64,000 bases of DNA from Faecousia sp. (GTDB lineage Bacteria > Bacillota > Clostridia > Oscillospirales > Oscillospiraceae). Location: positions 3,360-67,359 of the forward strand of contig JAZSQH010000082.1 in assembly GCA_045537865.1 (NCBI GenBank), in the 5' to 3' direction. The position numbers and the translations under genes were made by a program. A model generated the notes under the pieces. That model worked only from the letters and a program-made list of their open reading frames with translations. It was not told the DNA's origin and did no database searches. This document shows, piece after piece, positions 59,784-64,000 of this stretch; position 1 is the first letter of the stretch; the number at the start of each line of letters is the position of its first letter.

Positions 59784-60710
59784 CTATATTTCCGTCACTT
59801 CATTTATCCAATCCAAAATATCCTGATAAACTCGATCCTTGTTCCGTTCGTGGAGTAATTCATGACGGCGAGTAGGATAAAGGCGCAGAACCACAGCATC
59901 AATACCATGTCCCAAAAGCGCATAATACAGCTTATTCACACCCTCACCATACATTCCCACCGGATCTTCAGTGCCGGAAATTAACAGCAAAGGCAGCGAT
60001 GCTTTGATATGATTCAGATTCTCATCCCGCTGAACCCACTCGATTCCGGTCAAAAGATCCAGCATCAATCCGCATTTGACTGTAAAATCACTTAATGGAT
60101 CAGAAAGAAATGCCTTTACCGACTCAGGATCGCTATTGGTCCAATCATAAGCTGTCTGGGGTTCGTCGATGGCAAAATTGAAAGCGCCGACAACAAAATC
60201 AAACAGTCTTTTGTTAGGCTCTTTATCGCCGGATATTCGACACGCCGTCTCGCCCAGGCGAATTCCGGCATGTAGCGCCGGCTCAAGCTGCCAGCCACTG
60301 CCACACAAAATACATCCGCTAATATTGGCATCGGGATATTTTTCAAGAATCGTCAGCGACATATAAGATCCCATGGAATGACCCAACAGAATATATGGCA
60401 GGTCAGGAAATTCTGCAGCCGTATCCTTGAGCAGTGCATAACTGTCATCCACCGCCGAAAACCAACCGCCGTTGAAATAGCCACGAACTGTCCCCATGCC
60501 ACCGGATCTGCCGTGTCCCATGTGATCCTCCGCAACAACAACAAAACCACGCTCTGTCATCCAGCGGGCAAAATCATCGTAACGCTCTGCATGGTCCACG
60601 ATTCCATGAATAATCTGCAAAACTGCCACCGGTTTACTTTCCGGCTCCCAGCGACGGTAATGGATCATGCCTGCGCCGCAGGAGTGATACCATAAATCCT
60701 TTACCACCAC
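59784..60710 (-). CDS. alpha/beta hydrolase (lysophospholipase / monoacylglycerol lipase-like)
   Basis: HG..DH oxyanion region and the nucleophile elbow GHSMGS. GTG start 9 nt after GAGGTGG. Confidence 0.7.
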   Translation of the reverse strand: MVVKDLWYHSCGAGMIHYRRWEPESKPVAVLQIIHGIVDHAERYDDFARWMTERGFVVVAEDHMGHGRSGGMGTVRGYFNGGWFSAVDDSYALLKDTAAEFPDLPYILLGHSMGSYMSLTILEKYPDANISGCILCGSGWQLEPALHAGIRLGETACRISGDKEPNKRLFDFVVGAFNFAIDEPQTAYDWTNSDPESVKAFLSDPLSDFTVKCGLMLDLLTGIEWVQRDENLNHIKASLPLLLISGTEDPVGMYGEGVNKLYYALLGHGIDAVVLRLYPTRRHELLHERNKDRVYQDILDWINEVTEI

Positions 60711-60711
60711 G

Positions 60712-63192
60712 TTAGTTTACCACCTCATAGCCGGCATCGGTAATCGCCTTTTTGAGCACCTCTGTCTGGGCAGTACCCTGGACAGTCACTTGCTTTTCTT
60801 TCAGATCAACAACTGCATCCACAGTACCGGGCACGTCCTTGCAAACCTGCTCTACACGAGCCTTACAATGGGTGCACATCATACCTTCAACTTTAATTAT
60901 AACTTCCATTTTCTGTTCCTCCTTAACAGTTTGACACTCAGAAATATCTTTTTCCTTTTTACCGCAACGAGGCAAAAATAAACGCAGTCTTAAAGCATTG
61001 CTGACAACAAACAACGAACTCAAACTCATGGCAGCAGCGCCGAGCATAGGATTTAGTTGCAATCCAAAGGCAGGATACAAAATACCTGCAGCAATTGGAA
61101 TTCCCAAAATATTGTAGAAAAATGCCCAAAACAGATTCTGCCGGATATTCCGAATCGTTGCTTTACTTAGTTCGATTGCATGGCAAACGCTGGTTAGCGA
61201 ACTATTCATCAAAACCACATCTGCAGACTCTATCGCCACATCCGTTCCTGCGCCGATTGCCATACCCACATCAGCCGTAACCAGTGCCGGCGCATCGTTA
61301 ATGCCATCGCCAACCATCAGAACTCGGTGACCCTGCTTGCGCAGATCCTCCACCACCTTGGCCTTGTCAGCAGGTAAAACGTCAGAAACCACATGGTCAA
61401 TGCCGGCATCAGCGGCAATCGTTTGCGCAGTCGCCTGATTGTCGCCGGTGAGCATAACGACTTTTAAGCCCAATGCACGCATAGCTTCAATAGCATCAGC
61501 AGAATCTGCTTTCAGGGTATCTGCCGCAGCCAGCGCACCTAAATAAACCTGATCCTCAGAAGCAAAATAGAGGGGTGTTTTTCCTTGCGCTGTCAGGTTT
61601 GACAAATTGGGAATTTCTACACAAAGTTCCTCCATCAAACGCTGATTTCCGCCATAATAAACCTTATCATCGATTCTACCACACACGCCACGTCCGGGCA
61701 GCGTTCTGAAGTCCTCTGCAGCTGTATATGCCATGTTGCCGATCCGTTCCATCACAGCCACGGCAAAAGGATGCTCCGATCTGCACTCCAGTGCAGCCGC
61801 CACAAGCAAAAGCCGATCTGCATCCAAATTGCCCGGCAAAACATCCGTAACAGAGGGTTTGCCCACGGTCAGCGTGCCGGTTTTATCCAGCACCACTGTG
61901 TTGACCTTATGCAGATTTTCCAAAGCCTGCGCAGTCTTGAACAGAACACCCATGCCGGCGCCCCGTCCAGTGCCCACCATGATAGCGACAGGTGTGGCAA
62001 GGCCCAATGCGCATGGGCAAGAAATTACCAACACAGCAATCGCCGTTGTCAGCGCAAATTCAAACCCAAATCCGGCGATCATCCAAACAGTAAATGCCAC
62101 CAATGAAATAGCCATAACAACCGGCACAAAAACCCCGGCAATCTTATCTGCCAAACGGGCGATCGGCGCTTTTGATCCACCCGCCTCCTCTACCATGCGA
62201 ATTACTTGCGCTAAGGTAGTATCCTCGCCTATACGATCCGCACGAATTTCTAAATACCCCTCTGTGTTGATCGTGGCTGTGGCAACGTTATCACCTACCG
62301 CTTTATCTACCGGTACACTTTCACCGGTCAATGCGCTTTGATCGACTGCGCCACGACCTGCCACAACAGTTCCGTCAATCGGAACATTTCCACCAGAGCG
62401 AACGATCACAACATCGTCAACTACGACCTGATCAACCGGGATTTCTGTTTCTACACCGTCACGGCGAACAACTGCCACCTGGGGACGCAGATCCATTAAT
62501 TGACGGATTGCATCGCCGGTTTTGCCTTTCGCTCTTGTCTCTAAATATTTTCCCAGCGTAATAAGCGTCAAGATCATAGCTGCAGATTCAAAATACAGAT
62601 CATGACTATAGGCAGCCACTGTTTCCATATCACCATGCATCTGCGCCTGCGCCATGCAGAACAAAGCGATCACACCGTAAACCAAAGCAGCACCTGATCC
62701 AACCGCAATCAGCGAGTCCATATTAGGAGCACGATTCCAAAGCGCTTTTAGGCCCTTTGTATAATAGCTGCGATTCAGAAAAACTACCGGCAGCGTCAGT
62801 ACAAGCTGCAGTAGCGCAGCAATCAGCGCATTTTCCACTCCATGATACCATGACGGCATTGGTAACCCAATCATATGCCACATAGTAAAATACATCAAAA
62901 CCAACAAAAAAGCAGCAGAAGGTATCAGGCGACGCTTCATTTTCACAAGAGCGTCACTTGCAGCTGTGGTTTTCTCTATTTTTCCGTTTGTCAAGTAAGC
63001 ATCATAACCAGCTTGCCGTACAACACGAATGACATCATCAGAAACACGGTCACTGTCGGCATGCACGGTCATGCTACCGGACAGAAGATTGACTTCCACC
63101 AAAGTTACGCCGGCTACCTGCGATGTCACTTTTTCCACACGAGCAGAACAAGCTGCGCAGGTCATTCCAGCGACCTTAAAGTTAATTTTCAT
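60712..63192 (-). CDS. copA: copper-translocating P1B-type ATPase with an extra C-terminal HMA (CopZ-like) domain
   Basis: N-terminal HMA (GMTCAAC), TGES, CPC, DKTGTLT and GDGINDAP motifs. The last 65 aa (60712-60909) form a second HMA domain (GMMCTHC), preceded in frame by AAGGAGG plus ATG. Confidence 0.85.
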   Translation of the reverse strand: MKINFKVAGMTCAACSARVEKVTSQVAGVTLVEVNLLSGSMTVHADSDRVSDDVIRVVRQAGYDAYLTNGKIEKTTAASDALVKMKRRLIPSAAFLLVLMYFTMWHMIGLPMPSWYHGVENALIAALLQLVLTLPVVFLNRSYYTKGLKALWNRAPNMDSLIAVGSGAALVYGVIALFCMAQAQMHGDMETVAAYSHDLYFESAAMILTLITLGKYLETRAKGKTGDAIRQLMDLRPQVAVVRRDGVETEIPVDQVVVDDVVIVRSGGNVPIDGTVVAGRGAVDQSALTGESVPVDKAVGDNVATATINTEGYLEIRADRIGEDTTLAQVIRMVEEAGGSKAPIARLADKIAGVFVPVVMAISLVAFTVWMIAGFGFEFALTTAIAVLVISCPCALGLATPVAIMVGTGRGAGMGVLFKTAQALENLHKVNTVVLDKTGTLTVGKPSVTDVLPGNLDADRLLLVAAALECRSEHPFAVAVMERIGNMAYTAAEDFRTLPGRGVCGRIDDKVYYGGNQRLMEELCVEIPNLSNLTAQGKTPLYFASEDQVYLGALAAADTLKADSADAIEAMRALGLKVVMLTGDNQATAQTIAADAGIDHVVSDVLPADKAKVVEDLRKQGHRVLMVGDGINDAPALVTADVGMAIGAGTDVAIESADVVLMNSSLTSVCHAIELSKATIRNIRQNLFWAFFYNILGIPIAAGILYPAFGLQLNPMLGAAAMSLSSLFVVSNALRLRLFLPRCGKKEKDISECQTVKEEQKMEVIIKVEGMMCTHCKARVEQVCKDVPGTVDAVVDLKEKQVTVQGTAQTEVLKKAITDAGYEVVN

Positions 63193-63244
63193 ATACCTAC
63201 CTCCTTCGAGGGATTTATTGACACAATGCTACATTTATGTTAAT

Positions 63245-63272
63245 ATTCTACCATAGTAATACGAAATTACAA
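63245..63272 (-). promoter_or_regulatory. candidate copA promoter
   Basis: On the minus strand: TTGTAA (63267-63272), 16 nt, TGgTAGAAT (hexamer 63245-63250). Confidence 0.4.
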
Positions 63273-63282
63273 GTATATACTT
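63271..63282. repeat. perfect 12-bp palindrome AAGTATATACTT
   Basis: Read directly. It extends to an imperfect 18-bp palindrome (63268-63285) and overlaps the candidate copA -35. Confidence 0.9.
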
Positions 63283-63324
63283 CTACTATAAGAAACCAGC
63301 CCAGCTTAAAAGGAGATTTAGATT

Positions 63325-64000
63325 ATGAAAATCAAGATCACATCTGACAGCACTTGCGATCTTCCCCGTGAACTGGTTGAAAAATATAATATCACACTTG
63401 TTCCTCTGACTATTATCAAAGACGGCGTGGCATTTAAGGACAACGTAGATATCACACCTGCTGATATTTTTGCCCATGTGGCAGCCGGCGGCGACCTGTG
63501 CTCTACCACCGCAATGAACGTAGGTGAATATGTAGATTGGTTCGGTAAATTTACCGATGAATACGATGGAATCCTGCATATCAATTTGGGTTCCGGTTTT
63601 TCCTCCAGCTACCAGAACGCCTGTATCGCATCCGAGGATTTCGAGAATGTTCGTGTTGTTGACTCCATGAACCTTTCTACCGGACAGGGTCTTGTTGTAT
63701 TAAAGGCATGCGAATTGGCTAAAGAATGCACCAGTCTAGACGAATTGCAGGAAAAAGTACAAGCTTTCTGCAGCCGTGTTGAATCTAGCTTCCTGCTGGA
63801 TCAGCTGAACTACATGGTAAAGGGTGGTCGCTGCTCCTCTGTGGTCGCTTTGGGCGCAAATCTGCTGAACCTGAAGCCTTGCATCGAGGTGAAGGACGGC
63901 AAGCTGACCGTTGTCAAGAAGTACCGTGGTAATTACGCAAAGTGCCTTGCAAGCTATGTGAAAGAACGGCTTTCCAATCGTGACGACCTGAACGATGAAA
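63325..64000 (+). CDS. DegV family fatty-acid-binding protein (3' end runs off the window)
   Basis: Absent from the ORF track because it has no stop in the window. My translation is MKIKITSDSTCDLPRELVEKYNITLVPLTIIKDG...INLGSGFSSSYQNA...SMNLSTGQGLVV, typical of DegV. AGGAG lies 9 nt upstream. Confidence 0.8.
   Translation, partial: MKIKITSDSTCDLPRELVEKYNITLVPLTIIKDGVAFKDNVDITPADIFAHVAAGGDLCSTTAMNVGEYVDWFGKFTDEYDGILHINLGSGFSSSYQNACIASEDFENVRVVDSMNLSTGQGLVVLKACELAKECTSLDELQEKVQAFCSRVESSFLLDQLNYMVKGGRCSSVVALGANLLNLKPCIEVKDGKLTVVKKYRGNYAKCLASYVKERLSNRDDLNDE

Noticed and set aside
63193-63300. CopY cop box (TACAnnTGTA) or CsoR operator upstream of copA
   Set aside because: Only partial resemblances occur (TACTTGTA, ACATnnATGT). 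There is no exact box and no cognate regulator gene nearby.

Overview
This 64-kb window is a densely coding chromosomal segment from an endospore-forming Firmicute. Gene content and synteny look like class Clostridia; no finer taxon can be supported from sequence alone. I found no rRNA, tRNA, CRISPR array, transposase, integrase or prophage. Most genes are housekeeping: ybeY-phoH, ligA-pcrA, a frame-disrupted valS, pheST, addAB, ispE, tsaD-rimI-polA-cysS, truA and copA. Many sporulation genes are interspersed among them: yqfC, yqfD, ylbJ, yunB, spoIIAA-spoIIAB-sigF, spoVAD-spoVAEb and spoIIR. Three aminoacyl-tRNA synthetase loci (valS, pheST, cysS) have recognisable T-box leaders. The most interesting locus is an 8-gene, translationally coupled aromatic amino-acid operon (41.6-49.6 kb). 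It encodes all seven shikimate steps plus the Phe and Tyr branches. It is preceded by a promoter, a 19-codon Phe/Tyr-rich leader ORF, mutually exclusive hairpins and a strong intrinsic terminator, which fits a ribosome-mediated attenuator. Other points worth a second look:
- a MazF/EndoA toxin gene with no adjacent antitoxin;
- an atypical Hanks-type kinase with an acidic linker and FN3-like ectodomain, divergently paired with a zinc-ribbon/Big_2 membrane protein;
- a 37-codon Asn/Gln-repeat ORF built on a 9-bp tandem repeat behind spoVAD-spoVAEb;
- a copA ORF carrying a CopZ-like C-terminal domain that keeps its own SD and ATG.
Two conserved genes (valS and an alanine:cation symporter) are each broken by an apparent 1-nt deletion. 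This pattern suggests assembly indel errors and also casts doubt on the copA-copZ fusion. All calls come from reading the ORF translations and the DNA by eye. No database search, alignment or folding energy was computed.
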